In this document: positions 15,500 through 25,844 of the stretch, one piece after another
How the letters are laid out: every line of letters begins with the position of its first letter
Numbering within the stretch: the first letter of the stretch is position 1
NCBI GenBank assembly: GCA_028712355.1
Contig: JAQTQH010000003.1
Span: 2,117 to 66,116, forward strand
DNA length: 64,000 nt
Source of the DNA: Dehalococcoidales bacterium
GTDB taxonomy: Bacteria; Chloroflexota; Dehalococcoidia; Dehalococcoidales; RBG-16-60-22
Direction: 5' to 3'
Program-made: the position numbers and the translations under genes
The notes under the pieces: model-generated
What the model was told of the DNA's origin: nothing
The model's input: the letters and a program-made list of their open reading frames with translations, nothing else
The model's database searches: none

Positions 15500-18211
15500 A
15501 TGCCCACCGAAGTCGAAGCGAAATACCCGTCCCGGTATGAGACCGAAGTGCTGCTGAAGAGCGGCCAGAAAATAATGTTACGGCCTATCCGCCGTGATGA
15601 TACCGGGCGCTGGCTCAGCTTCATTAACCGCCTCAGCGATAACACAAAATACCTCCGTTTCCATTACATTCCCAAGGAATTTACCGAGGAGGACGCTCTC
15701 CGTTACTGCACGGTTGATTACTACAATACATTTGCCTTCGTGGCGGAAATCCGCCAGGGGCAGCGGAATGAAATTATCGCCATCGGCCGGTATTATCGGC
15801 TGCCCACGCAGATTTCGGCGGAAGTATCCTTCGCTATAGAAGACAACTACCAGGACGTGGGCATCGGCACCAAGCTGCTCGAATGGCTGGCGAATGTCGC
15901 CCGCGATAACGGAATCACCAGCTTTGAAGCCGAGGTACTGCCGGGAAACGAGCTGATGCTGATGGTCTTCCGAGATTTTGGTTTTCATGTCACCAGCCAG
16001 CATGCCGGTGACGTCTTACGCTTGACTTTCCCCATCGCCCGGACAAAGCGTGTCGAACAGAAGGAGCAGGAAAGAGAGCGTATCTCCACGGTCAATTCGT
16101 TGAAATACCTTCTTTATCCGCGTTCGGTGGCGGTTATCGGGGCTTCCCGCAAGCCGGGCTCCATCGGTCAATTGCTGATGGAGCAACTTATCCGTAACGA
16201 TTACTGCGGGGTGGTCTATCCCATTAATCCCAATACCGAATCGGTGATGGCGGTCAAGGCCTATCCCTCAATTACAGACGTGCCGGGCACGGTCGATCTT
16301 GCGATTATCGCAGTGCCGGCACCGTTTGTCTCCCGGGTGGCGGACGAATGCGGACAAAAGGGTGTGCGCGCTATTGTGGTCATCTCGGACGGATTTAAAG
16401 AAAGAGGTCCGGAGGGCGCGGCCCGGGAAAACGAATTGAGAGACATCACGCTGGGGCATGGCATGAGGCTGGTGGGACCCAACTGCATGGGTATTATCAA
16501 TACCGATCCTGCGGTTCGTCTTAACGGCACTTTCTCCCGGATTTATCCGCCGCAGGGCAATGTGGCATTCCTCAGCCAGAGCGGCGCGATGGGACTGGTC
16601 ATCCTGGACTATGCCCGCAACGTGAACCTGGGTATTTCCACTTTCATCAGCGTGGGCAACCGCGCCGATATTTCGGCTAATGATCTGCTCCAGTACTGGG
16701 AGCAGGATTCCCAGACCAGGGTTATCCTGCTTTACATGGAATCGTTCGGTAATCCGCGTCACTTCAGCCGTATTGCCCGGCGGGTGTCTACCAAGAAACC
16801 CATCCTTGTGGTGAAGAGCGGCAGCACCGAAGCCGGTTCGCGGGCGGCATCATCGCATACCGGCGCGATGGCGACTCCGGAAATAGTCTCCGATGCATTG
16901 TTCCGTCAGGCGGGTATTACTCGTATCAACTCGGTCGAAGAACTTTTTGATGTCGCTATTTTGCTGGCGAACCAGCCGCTGCCCCGGGGCAGGAAAGTGG
17001 CCATCGTCACCAACGGCGGCGGTCCCGGCATCATGGCGGCGGACGCCTGCACGCGGCAGGGTTTGGCGCTGACGGAATTATCGGAACAGACCAGGAAAGC
17101 TCTCAAGGCTGCCATTAAACGGGATATCAGTATCAATAACCCGATAGATGTGACTGCGGCGGCGTCTCCGGAGGAATTTGAGGCGATTCTTAAGATACTG
17201 GCGGAAGACCCTGAAGTGGATGCCGCGCTCACCATGTTTATCCCGGCGACCGCCATCGGACCCGAAGAGATGCAGGTAGCGGTGAGCCGGGCGGCGCTCG
17301 CTTTCCAGAAGCAGGACAAGCCGCTGCTGGCGTGTTTCATCGGGCAGCGGGGCGTGCAACGCAAGCTGGCATCGGGCAAGCGGTTCGTTCCTTCATATCT
17401 GTTCCCGGAAGATGCCGTCGTGGCACTGGCGAGGGCGGTAGAGCATGGCGAGATGGTGCGTAAACCCCGCGGCGTTGTTCCCCATTTCAAAGGTATCAAA
17501 CGGGAAAGAGCGCAGGAAATCATCCGGGAAGTGATGCAGCGGAGCACACGCCGACCTATCTGGCTTTCCGAGGAAGAAATTGCCGAATTGCTGGCCTGTT
17601 ATGGCATCCGCTTCGTGCCGACGCTTATCGCTCGAACGGCGGACAAAGCTGTCGATATCGCTAAAGAACTGGGCTTTCCGGTGGTCGTCAAGCTCCATTC
17701 TTCTACCATTACTCATAAGACCGATGTCGGCGGCGTGGTGCTGGATGTGAAGAACGAACCGGGTGTCCGCAAGGCATTCGCGGATATCAAGGGTAAACTC
17801 GCCGCTATCGGGAAGGCGGAAGAAATGGAAGGCGTCACGGTACAACGGTACGTTACCGGCGGCGTCGAGGCGATTGTCGGCGTGACGCAGAACCCCACCT
17901 TCGGGCCGCTTATCATGTTCGGTCTGGGCGGCGTTTACGCCGAGCTTTTCAAAGATGTAGCGCTGCGTCTGCATCCGCTCACCGACCTCGATGCCCGCGA
18001 GCAGATAGACTCCATCAAGGCGGTCAAACTTTTTGAGGGCTTCCGCGGCGCTCCTCCCGCCGATAAACCGGCGCTGGAAGAGCTTCTTTTGCGGCTTTCC
18101 GCCATGGTCGAAGACGTCAAGGAAATCGCCGAGCTTGACCTCAATCCGGTCAAGGTAATGCCGCAGGGTGAAGGCTACTGGGTGGTGGATGCCCGCATCT
18201 TGGTTAAATAA
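15500..18211 (+). CDS. GNAT acetyltransferase fused to ADP-forming acyl-CoA synthetase (CoA-binding, ligase and ATP-grasp domains)
   Basis: ORF 15476..18211 trimmed to the ATG at 15500, which is preceded by AGGAG. N-terminal GNAT (QDVGIGTKLLEWL). CoA-binding SVAVIGASRKPGS. Phosphohistidine loop AASSHTGAMA. C-terminal ATP-grasp. Confidence 0.9.
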   Translation: MPTEVEAKYPSRYETEVLLKSGQKIMLRPIRRDDTGRWLSFINRLSDNTKYLRFHYIPKEFTEEDALRYCTVDYYNTFAFVAEIRQGQRNEIIAIGRYYRLPTQISAEVSFAIEDNYQDVGIGTKLLEWLANVARDNGITSFEAEVLPGNELMLMVFRDFGFHVTSQHAGDVLRLTFPIARTKRVEQKEQERERISTVNSLKYLLYPRSVAVIGASRKPGSIGQLLMEQLIRNDYCGVVYPINPNTESVMAVKAYPSITDVPGTVDLAIIAVPAPFVSRVADECGQKGVRAIVVISDGFKERGPEGAARENELRDITLGHGMRLVGPNCMGIINTDPAVRLNGTFSRIYPPQGNVAFLSQSGAMGLVILDYARNVNLGISTFISVGNRADISANDLLQYWEQDSQTRVILLYMESFGNPRHFSRIARRVSTKKPILVVKSGSTEAGSRAASSHTGAMATPEIVSDALFRQAGITRINSVEELFDVAILLANQPLPRGRKVAIVTNGGGPGIMAADACTRQGLALTELSEQTRKALKAAIKRDISINNPIDVTAAASPEEFEAILKILAEDPEVDAALTMFIPATAIGPEEMQVAVSRAALAFQKQDKPLLACFIGQRGVQRKLASGKRFVPSYLFPEDAVVALARAVEHGEMVRKPRGVVPHFKGIKRERAQEIIREVMQRSTRRPIWLSEEEIAELLACYGIRFVPTLIARTADKAVDIAKELGFPVVVKLHSSTITHKTDVGGVVLDVKNEPGVRKAFADIKGKLAAIGKAEEMEGVTVQRYVTGGVEAIVGVTQNPTFGPLIMFGLGGVYAELFKDVALRLHPLTDLDAREQIDSIKAVKLFEGFRGAPPADKPALEELLLRLSAMVEDVKEIAELDLNPVKVMPQGEGYWVVDARILVK

Positions 18212-18237
18212 ACCAGAGGTAATAAGTTATGCCAGAG

Positions 18238-18268
18238 CGGGGGGTTGCAGCGCAACCCCCCGTTTTTT
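18238..18268 (+). terminator. rho-independent terminator
   Basis: CGGGGGGTTGC-AGC-GCAACCCCCCG followed by TTTTTT. Confidence 0.75.
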
Positions 18269-18604
18269 GGTTGGATGGAATAAATCTCAATCGGTGATGG
18301 AAGACGGATCAGCTTTAGACTGCTTTGCTGCGGGGGCCGGCGCGGTCCCGGTTTTCGCAGCAGGTACGGGAAGATTTATGGCGTTTTTGGCCAGCCGCGG
18401 CGATAGCATTGCCCAAAGGCTGGCGGTGTGATAGATGCCCTTACTTCGGGATATTTCAAACAAGTCCATGTTAGCCCTTTTTTTGTTTGCCTCCATTATC
18501 AAAAACGAAAGTTACGGAAATATTACCTGAATATTAAAATTGACACTGAGCCGGTGAAGTGATATTCTTGGGGCGCTTTGTATTAAACGAATCGGGAGGT
18601 ATCA

Positions 18605-20548
18605 ATGAAGCTGTTTGAACCCGGGAAAATCGGGCGGTTGACTCTTAAAAATCGTATCGCTATGGCGCCGATGACCGTCGGCGGCCTGGTCGAGCCGGAT
18701 GGCAGGCTCTCGGAGCGGGCGATAGACTATTTTGTGGCGCGGGCGAAGGGCGGTGCGGGCATGATTATTACCCCTATCTTTCGCGTCACGCGGGAAATCG
18801 AGCAGTTTCCTAATATCCCGTACTCCTACAATCTCATGATTGACAACAATATCTATCTCTCCCGCGTCAGCGAACTGGCGGATGCCGTGCATGATTACGG
18901 GGCGAAGCTCTGTATTCAGCTTACTGCCGGGCTGGGACGGGTCATCGGTGTGGGATATGTCCGCGCCGGGCAGGCAGTTGGTCCCTCGGTTTTACCATGC
19001 TTCTGGGACAAGAATTACCAGACCCGCGAGCTCGCCATCGGTGAAATTGAGCGCCTGATAAAATCCTTCCAATTCGCCGCCGAGCTGCTGGCGGCGGCAG
19101 GCGCGGATGCCATCGAGTTGCACGGTCATGAGGGTTATCTTTTCGATGAGTTTATGACTTCACTATGGAACAAGCGCACGGACAAGTACGGCGGCGATTT
19201 GAATGGCAGGCTGCGTTTTCCAATTGAGGTGATTGAGTCCATCCGTAAGGGCGCGGGACAGAATTTTCCGGTTATCTTCCGCTACGGACTGTCTCATTAT
19301 ATTGAGGGCGGGCGCACGATTGAAGAAGGACTGGAAATCGCGCGGCGGATGGAAAATGCCGGCGCGGACGCCTTCGACATCGATGCCGGCGGCTACGACA
19401 ACTGGTACATCGCCCATCCGCCCACCACCATGCCGCCGGGAAACATGGTACCCCTGGCGGAAATGGTCAAAAAGACGGTGAAAGCACCGGTCATGGCTGT
19501 CGGGAAGCTGGGCTATCCTGACCTGGCGGAGAGCGTTTTGCAGGAAGGCAAAGCCGATTTTATTATCCTGGGGCGGGCACTCATCGCCGACCCTGACTGG
19601 CCCAACAAGGTGAAGCAGGGAAACATAGAAGACATTTGTCCCTGCATCGGCGACCATGAATGCCTGCGCCGGACGGCAATCTACCGCAAGTCCATCGGCT
19701 GTGCGGTCAACGCGGCAGCGGGCAGGGAGCGGGAATTTACCATCACTCCGGCGGAAAAGAAAAAATCAGTACTGGTCATCGGTGGCGGGCCCGCGGGTAT
19801 GGAAGCGGCGAGGGTGGCTGCGCTGCGAGGGCACAGGGTCATGCTCTGGGAAAAAGAGGAAGTGCTGGGCGGGAATCTTATCCCTGCCTCGGTACCCGAT
19901 TTTAAGAAGGACTATCGCAGCCTGATTGAATACTTGAAAACGCAAGTTGCCAAACTCGGTGTTACGGTACAGACCGGCAAGAAAGCCACCGTGACCGCCG
20001 TCAGGCAGGTAAAACCGGACGTCGTGTTTATTGCTACCGGCACAACACCCATCATGCCGCGAATCCCCGGGATAGAGCGTAACAATGTCTGCCATGCCAT
20101 CGATTTGCTTATGGGTAAAAAGAGCGTTGGTCAGAATGTGGCGGTCATCGGGGGGAACATGGTGGGTTGCGAGGCGGCGCTTTACCTGGCGCAGCAGGGC
20201 AAGAAAGTTACCGTAGTCGAGGCGCTGGATAGCATCGCGCGGGACATGGTCATGGCGAACCGTATGCACATCGAAAAACTGTTCTCCGATAATAAAGTTG
20301 ACATAAAGACAAACTCCTGCCTGAATGAAATAACTGCTGATGGCATTGTGATTGCTGATCCGGCAGGCAAGAATCGTAATCTAAAAACAGATTCGGTAGT
20401 TATCGCGGTAGGTCTGCAGTCCTGCGATGAGCTTTCGGCGGCTTTGCAGGACAAAATTCCTGAGGTCTACGCCATCGGCGATTGCGTCCAGCCGCGCAAG
20501 GTGGTGGATGCCATCTGGGAAGGCTTCCGCAAGGCGAGATTGATCTGA
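18605..20548 (+). CDS. OYE-family NADH:flavin oxidoreductase fused to FAD/NAD-binding domain (2,4-dienoyl-CoA reductase-like)
   Basis: N-terminal TIM-barrel OYE motifs (RIAMAPM, ELHGHEGYLFDEF). Cys cluster CPCIGDHEC...C. Rossmann VLVIGGGPAGMEAA and VAVIGGNMVGCEAA. Confidence 0.9.
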   Translation: MKLFEPGKIGRLTLKNRIAMAPMTVGGLVEPDGRLSERAIDYFVARAKGGAGMIITPIFRVTREIEQFPNIPYSYNLMIDNNIYLSRVSELADAVHDYGAKLCIQLTAGLGRVIGVGYVRAGQAVGPSVLPCFWDKNYQTRELAIGEIERLIKSFQFAAELLAAAGADAIELHGHEGYLFDEFMTSLWNKRTDKYGGDLNGRLRFPIEVIESIRKGAGQNFPVIFRYGLSHYIEGGRTIEEGLEIARRMENAGADAFDIDAGGYDNWYIAHPPTTMPPGNMVPLAEMVKKTVKAPVMAVGKLGYPDLAESVLQEGKADFIILGRALIADPDWPNKVKQGNIEDICPCIGDHECLRRTAIYRKSIGCAVNAAAGREREFTITPAEKKKSVLVIGGGPAGMEAARVAALRGHRVMLWEKEEVLGGNLIPASVPDFKKDYRSLIEYLKTQVAKLGVTVQTGKKATVTAVRQVKPDVVFIATGTTPIMPRIPGIERNNVCHAIDLLMGKKSVGQNVAVIGGNMVGCEAALYLAQQGKKVTVVEALDSIARDMVMANRMHIEKLFSDNKVDIKTNSCLNEITADGIVIADPAGKNRNLKTDSVVIAVGLQSCDELSAALQDKIPEVYAIGDCVQPRKVVDAIWEGFRKARLI

Positions 20549-20571
20549 GCTTAATTGGGATGAGCCATGGC

Positions 20572-20627
20572 GACGAAGCAATCTCCGGGGATTGGGGGGA
20601 GATTGCTTCGCTGGCGCCTGCAATGAC
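20572..20627. repeat. palindromic intergenic repeat, type A half-element (GAAGCAATCTCC...GGAGATTGCTTC...GCAATGAC)
   Basis: Hairpin GAAGCAATCTCC/GGAGATTGCTTC plus terminal GCAATGAC. Shares motifs with the outer element at 46680..46845. Fills the gap between convergent genes. Confidence 0.55.
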
Positions 20628-20630
20628 AAT

Positions 20631-21677
20631 TTAAATTCCTAAAATCTTGCGGTTTGTTTCGGCATCCGCTTCAACTTTGATGAACTCGTCCCAGCCGCGC
20701 TGCGGGGTATCGATGAGGCAGGCTTTAATCAGTTCAGCTCCCTCTTTTGCCCCCTGTGCCGCATCCTTGATAGGGCACTCCCATTCCAGCACTGCCCAGG
20801 AGTCGTAGCCGACCTCGGTGAGCTTGCTGAAAATCTGTTTGAAGTCCACCTGCCCGTCTCCGATGCTGCGGAAGCGCCCGGGGCGGTCTTCCCAGTTTAG
20901 GTATCCGCCGTAGACACCGGCTTTCGCCGTGGGCTTATACTCGGCGTCTTTCACATGGAATGCCTTGATGTATTTGCCGTAGCACTCGATAAATCCCACG
21001 TAGTCCATGCATTGCAGGATGAAGTGGGAGGGGTCATAATTGATAGCCACTGCCGGGTGATTGCCCGTCGCCTCCAGAAAGCGTTCAAAGCTGGCGCCGT
21101 CGTGGACATCTTCGCCGGGATGTACTTCGTAAGCGAGGGCGACGCCGCATTCCTGTGCCAGGTCTAGGATGGGCTGCCAGCGTTTCGCCAGCTCCTGGAA
21201 TCCCATGTCGACGAGCCCGGCGGGGCGGCGGGGCCAGGGGTAAACGGTGTGCCAGAGCAAAGTACCGGTGAAAGTAACCGTGGCGCTCAGCCCCAGGTTC
21301 TGCGATGCTTTGATGGCCTTCTTCATTGTATCTACTGCCCATTCGGCACGGGCTTTCGGGTTTTTGCGCAGGAGTGGCGGGACGAAACTGTCCCAGAACA
21401 GGTCATAAGCGGGATTGACGGCGACCAGGTGTCCCGGCACGTGGGTCGCCAGTTCGGTAATCGCCAATCCGCTGCATCTTCCTCTGAATTCATCGCAGTA
21501 GTCCCGGGATTCTGACGCCTTGTCCAGGTCGATGATTTTGCTGTTGTTGGCGGGAATCTGGACGCCGGTATAGCCCAGCGATTTTGCCCAGGCGGTGACA
21601 TGTTCCAGGGTATCAAAAGGTGGTTTATCAGAAAGAAACTGCATGATGAAAAGTCCCGGTCCTTTTATTTGCGGCAT
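20631..21677 (-). CDS. sugar phosphate isomerase/epimerase (xylose-isomerase-like TIM barrel)
   Basis: ORF trimmed to the ATG at 21677, preceded by AGGGGAGG. 348 aa with the typical AP-endonuclease-2/TIM layout. Confidence 0.8.
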   Translation of the reverse strand: MPQIKGPGLFIMQFLSDKPPFDTLEHVTAWAKSLGYTGVQIPANNSKIIDLDKASESRDYCDEFRGRCSGLAITELATHVPGHLVAVNPAYDLFWDSFVPPLLRKNPKARAEWAVDTMKKAIKASQNLGLSATVTFTGTLLWHTVYPWPRRPAGLVDMGFQELAKRWQPILDLAQECGVALAYEVHPGEDVHDGASFERFLEATGNHPAVAINYDPSHFILQCMDYVGFIECYGKYIKAFHVKDAEYKPTAKAGVYGGYLNWEDRPGRFRSIGDGQVDFKQIFSKLTEVGYDSWAVLEWECPIKDAAQGAKEGAELIKACLIDTPQRGWDEFIKVEADAETNRKILGI

Positions 21678-21794
21678 ACTGACCTCCCCTAACTTATTGC
21701 TTAGTATTATAAGCGGCTGAACATTATCCCGCAACTGGTGTAATAAGTGATTATAAGATAAAATGAAGGCTAACATATTAACTCAGGAGGACGT

Positions 21795-22586
21795 ATGGCA
21801 TACGAGGCAATCAAGGTGGAAAAGCGGGGACACATTGCTCTGATAACTCTCAATCGGCCGGATCGGTTGAATGCGGTCAATGAACAGCTGGAGAATGAGC
21901 TTTACCGGGCGCTTTCGGATGCGGAAGCCGATGATGATGTACGCGTCGTCGTACTGACTGGCGCGGGTAAGGCTTTCTGCGCAGGCGTCGATACTTCACG
22001 CTTGCCATCAGATGCTCCGTTAAAAACGCCAGAACAGGAGCGTCGCGGCGTGCGGGGCTTACAGAGAAATGTGCTCAAGCTGCACAAGATGGAAAAGCCG
22101 ACTATCGCGATGGTCAACGGAGCGGCAGTGGGCGGTGGTTTCGATTTAGCTTGCGGGTGCGATTTGCGCACCGGCTCACCGAAGACCCGTTTCATGGTGG
22201 CATTTACGCGGGTGGGGTTGACGCCGGGATGGGGCGGCGCCTGGCTTTTGCCTCGCATCGTAGGCTATTCCAAAGCCGCCGAATTAATTTTTACTGCCGA
22301 TTTCTGCGATGGAGAAGAAGCCTGCCGCGTCGGGCTATTGAACAAACTGTTTTCCTTCGATTCATTGGAAAAGGAAACGCTGGCGCTGGCGGAACGCATC
22401 GCGGACGGGCCGCCGGTAGGCATCCGGCTATCGAAAATCCAGTTACAGAGCGGGCAGAACACCGCTTTCGAGACCGAACTGGAACTTGCCGCCGCTTTGG
22501 AGACCTGCGCCGCGCATACCTTAGATGCCAAAGAAGGGGCAAAGGCTTTCAGCGAGAAGCGCAAGCCGGAATACCGGGGCGTGTGA
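21795..22586 (+). CDS. enoyl-CoA hydratase/isomerase family protein
   Basis: LNRPDRLNA, GAGKAFCAGVD and MVNGAAVGGGFDLA motifs. Confidence 0.9.
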   Translation: MAYEAIKVEKRGHIALITLNRPDRLNAVNEQLENELYRALSDAEADDDVRVVVLTGAGKAFCAGVDTSRLPSDAPLKTPEQERRGVRGLQRNVLKLHKMEKPTIAMVNGAAVGGGFDLACGCDLRTGSPKTRFMVAFTRVGLTPGWGGAWLLPRIVGYSKAAELIFTADFCDGEEACRVGLLNKLFSFDSLEKETLALAERIADGPPVGIRLSKIQLQSGQNTAFETELELAAALETCAAHTLDAKEGAKAFSEKRKPEYRGV

Positions 22587-22591
22587 TTAAC

Positions 22592-22671
22592 GTCATTCTG
22601 AGCGAAGCGAAAAATCCGTACTACCCGGCTAAAAATGGATTCTTCAATCGCTCCCGGTCTTTCAGAATGAC
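22592..22671. repeat. palindromic intergenic repeat, variant C (GTCATTCTGAGCGAAGCGAAAAATCC...GGATTCTTC...TTTCAGAATGAC)
   Basis: Terminal inverted repeat GTCATTCTGA/TCAGAATGAC. Exactly fills the gap between convergent stops at 22586 and 22677. Confidence 0.6.
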
Positions 22672-22676
22672 GGGCT

Positions 22677-23963
22677 TTACTTCTTTTTTGATTTCAAGGA
22701 CCAGGAAAGCACCACGGCAATACCGTAGCAAGCGGCGGCGAACAGTATTGCCGGAATATAGGTATTAGTCTTATCAAAGACTACTCCGCCCAGCCACGGG
22801 ATAGGGGCGCCTGCCAGCGTGGCAATGCCCAGCAGGAAGCCCAGCAATTCGGATAGCGCCATCAGCCCGAATAGATTTGCCGCCATACCGCCCAGCAGCG
22901 ATATTGTGCTTCCCCATGATAGGCCATAAGCTAGGGCAAACAAGTAGAATGTGATGGTGCTATTGATAAAGGCCAGTGACACGACCGCGGCAGTTGCCAC
23001 CGCGTAGCATAGTATCAGGCTTTGCGTCCAGCCTATTTTACCCGCCAGCCAGTTCAGTAGCATCCGTCCTCCTGCACTTACCGCGGCGAGTAATCCCACG
23101 CCCTGTGCCGCAACAGCGGCGCTGATGCCCCGGTCGGTAACATATGGCACAAGGTGCGTGGAAATAAAAAAAGAGGGTATGAAACTGGTAATGTAGAGGG
23201 CGCTCATAATCCAGAAAGCTCTCAGGTGAAAAGCATCGTTCAAAGAAGCAGGTGTGCCTTCGGAGCCTTTTGAGAAAAGGCCGTGGGACAAATCGCGATT
23301 ATAACCGTAGGGAGTGAGGTTCATCTTCCGCGGCTCGGAGACCAGGAGGAACGCTGCCAGGGCAATCGTGGCGCCGAAAAAGATGCCGATAATCAAATAT
23401 GATGTCCGCCAGCCTTCCCGTGCTATCAGCCAATTCGCCAGCGGTGCGAAGACCAGCCCGCCAATACCCATGCCCGCATTTACGGCGCCAAGCATCGTCC
23501 CCCGCAGGTTTATGAACCAGCGCTGGATGGTGGCGGTTGGCAGCGTCAGTGTCGAGCCGAGTCCTGCACCGAGAATAGCATAGCCCAGAACCATCGTAGC
23601 CAGGTTCTGGGCGCGGGCGCAAAACAGATAGCCGATGCCGATTAACAGTGCGGCAATCAGCATGACTTTACGTGGGCTGAATCGGTCCGCCAGCTTGCCG
23701 GCGAAGTAGCTCCCAGGGGCATAAGCCGCCAGCATGATGCCATAGGTGATGGCAAATTCGCTGCGGCTCCACCCGAAATCGAAAGCGACTGGCTTGAAGA
23801 AAATACCGTAGGAAAAGAAAATGCTCCCATTAATGAAGGTAATAAGAATGCAACTAAGGGCGACCCACCAGCCGTAGAAAACCCGGGATGCTCGCGGTTG
23901 CGGTTCGTTTTGTGGGAACATCAGTTTCATCATAACAGAAGCGGGAATGTGAGTAAACAACAT
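22677..23963 (-). CDS. MFS transporter
   Basis: 428 aa, ~12 TM helices. GKLADRFSPRKV loop between TM2 and TM3 is typical of MFS. Confidence 0.85.
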   Translation of the reverse strand: MLFTHIPASVMMKLMFPQNEPQPRASRVFYGWWVALSCILITFINGSIFFSYGIFFKPVAFDFGWSRSEFAITYGIMLAAYAPGSYFAGKLADRFSPRKVMLIAALLIGIGYLFCARAQNLATMVLGYAILGAGLGSTLTLPTATIQRWFINLRGTMLGAVNAGMGIGGLVFAPLANWLIAREGWRTSYLIIGIFFGATIALAAFLLVSEPRKMNLTPYGYNRDLSHGLFSKGSEGTPASLNDAFHLRAFWIMSALYITSFIPSFFISTHLVPYVTDRGISAAVAAQGVGLLAAVSAGGRMLLNWLAGKIGWTQSLILCYAVATAAVVSLAFINSTITFYLFALAYGLSWGSTISLLGGMAANLFGLMALSELLGFLLGIATLAGAPIPWLGGVVFDKTNTYIPAILFAAACYGIAVVLSWSLKSKKK

Positions 23964-24185
23964 TCAGTAATGGGTTCTGTTCAATTATGGTTGTGATATC
24001 GTACCTACCTCACTATGCCCTCTCCCGTAAGAATCAACTATTATGCCGAGATAGATTTAAGCTGGAGAGGGAGTGTACAAAAAGAGAGGGGGGTTAGGCT
24101 GGCACGAGCCACAACTGAGAATGAACAGAACCCGGTAGTGAAAATACCTGGAGTGCGGCGGGGGTGGGTGGGAAGGGGATTCCTT

Positions 24186-25733
24186 CTACCGGATAAGCGG
24201 TGCCACCAAAATATCGGTCGGCGCATGATCGTCGGTCAACAGGATGACATTTCTCTGTGTTAAGTAATAGTCCAGACTTGCTTCATCGTAAACGTGATCG
24301 GAGACGGCATTCCGCCCGTCCCTGGCGATAAAAGTCAGGTAATCATCAAGGTCAACAGGTTGGTCGCTGGCGGCGATGACGTAATTGCTGACCATCCCGT
24401 CATTCCAGCTTTCGGCGCGGCTAAAGATATAGACATGGCGGAAGGCGTGCTTCAGGGTATAAGCAAAAGACGGCAGGTATCTCCCGTCCCGGAAGCTGTC
24501 AATGATGTTGACCAGGTAAACACCGTCCGGACGCAGGTGCTTTTTCACCATCCGGTCAAACTCCACAGTGGTCAGATGATAGGGAGTGGAATAATCGCTG
24601 AAGACATCGCCGATGACGATATCAAATTTATCCTCCGGAGTCCTTTGCGCCAGGAAAAGGCGCGCGTCCTGGTTATGAGTGAGGATATTTGTGTCCCGCG
24701 GCAGCCCCAGTTCCTCGCGGGCGACCCGCGTCACAGCCGGGTCGATTTCCACTACTTCGTTGACGCCCTCAGGGTAGGTGGATTCCAGGTAACGGGGGAG
24801 TGTATAGCCGCCACCGCCCAGGTGAAGCACCCGCGGCGCCGGATTTTCCCGGGCAGTATAACTGATAATCTCGGCAAAGATTTTAATGTAATCGTACTCC
24901 AGGTGGAGCGGGTCATCCGGGACGACGTAGCTGTGGGTGGTACGGTCAAGGTTGAGTATCCGGGCGTTTTTGTTCCAGGGATCCGGAGTAACTTTGATGG
25001 TATAGTAATTGGACTCCATGGTGTAGTTTTCCTGCCACAGCCCGCGGAACTGGAAAGCGAGGAGAAAAGCCAATACTGCCAGCAGCGCGATGAACCAGGT
25101 AGCGATATTGGGGGCGGATATCCGCCATCGTTCGGGAATTCTCCAGGCGAGCAGGGCGGTGAACCCCGTCAGCAACAGGACACCGCCGATGTACCAGATA
25201 ATCGCTCGGGTGCCGAACAGAAGTATCAGGTAGAACCCGGTCAGGAAAGTGCCGAAAATGGACCCGACTGTCGAAACGGCGTAGATGGTGCCCACTATCC
25301 CGCCAGTCCGTCCCAGGTCCGCCAGTGTCAGCTTGATAACCATCGGCGAGACCATGCTGAGGACGATTGACGGGAGGAAAAAGATACAGGCAATCCGCAG
25401 GGTGAAGTTCAGCATCAGGGGCAATCCCCAGAACCAGATGTTGCTCGTTACCTGCCTGGTGAGCAGGGGAATCGCTACGGTCAGCAGGCTGCCGGTGAAA
25501 AATATGACGGCCAGCACCCGCGGCGAAGGGAACCTATCGGCGATTTTACCACCCAGATAATTACCCGATGCGATGCCGGCAAGGATAACTCCGATGATGC
25601 TGGTCCAGGTATAAAGCGAGACTCCGATGTAGGGCGCCATGATTCGCGCCGCCACGAGCTCGATGACCATGACGCAGAAGCTGCTGATGAAAACGATGAC
25701 ATTGGCTTTCCAGAGCAGGGAAACACGCTTCAT
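24186..25733 (-). CDS. membrane-fused spermidine-synthase-like methyltransferase-fold protein
   Basis: N-terminal ~7 TM helices plus C-terminal SpeE-like domain (VLHLGGGGYTLPRYL, DIVIGDVFSD). ORF 24186..25832 trimmed to the ATG at 25733 (tentative). Confidence 0.8.
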   Translation of the reverse strand: MKRVSLLWKANVIVFISSFCVMVIELVAARIMAPYIGVSLYTWTSIIGVILAGIASGNYLGGKIADRFPSPRVLAVIFFTGSLLTVAIPLLTRQVTSNIWFWGLPLMLNFTLRIACIFFLPSIVLSMVSPMVIKLTLADLGRTGGIVGTIYAVSTVGSIFGTFLTGFYLILLFGTRAIIWYIGGVLLLTGFTALLAWRIPERWRISAPNIATWFIALLAVLAFLLAFQFRGLWQENYTMESNYYTIKVTPDPWNKNARILNLDRTTHSYVVPDDPLHLEYDYIKIFAEIISYTARENPAPRVLHLGGGGYTLPRYLESTYPEGVNEVVEIDPAVTRVAREELGLPRDTNILTHNQDARLFLAQRTPEDKFDIVIGDVFSDYSTPYHLTTVEFDRMVKKHLRPDGVYLVNIIDSFRDGRYLPSFAYTLKHAFRHVYIFSRAESWNDGMVSNYVIAASDQPVDLDDYLTFIARDGRNAVSDHVYDEASLDYYLTQRNVILLTDDHAPTDILVAPLIR

Positions 25734-25844
25734 TGTGATGAATGTTAACATGAGGGACACCGATAACGCAACGCGAGTCCGGCAACTATTGACAATTGAC
25801 AAAAAAATAGCTAAAATACGGACAATTAGCATTTGTATATTGAA

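Noticed and set aside
18287-18502. 71-aa minus-strand ORF in the gap between the synthetase terminator and the OYE gene.
   Set aside because: No recognisable motif and a weak RBS. It could be real, but there is no supporting evidence.
24294-25370. Long antisense ORFs opposite real genes. Examples: 24294..25370, 33331..34209, 36311..37300, 47187..48440, 48504..49319, 52783..53541, 55059..56282, 692..1234.
   Set aside because: Each lies entirely within, and opposite to, a gene with clear family motifs. Their translations are Arg/Gly/Ala-rich low-complexity sequence typical of GC-rich shadow frames.
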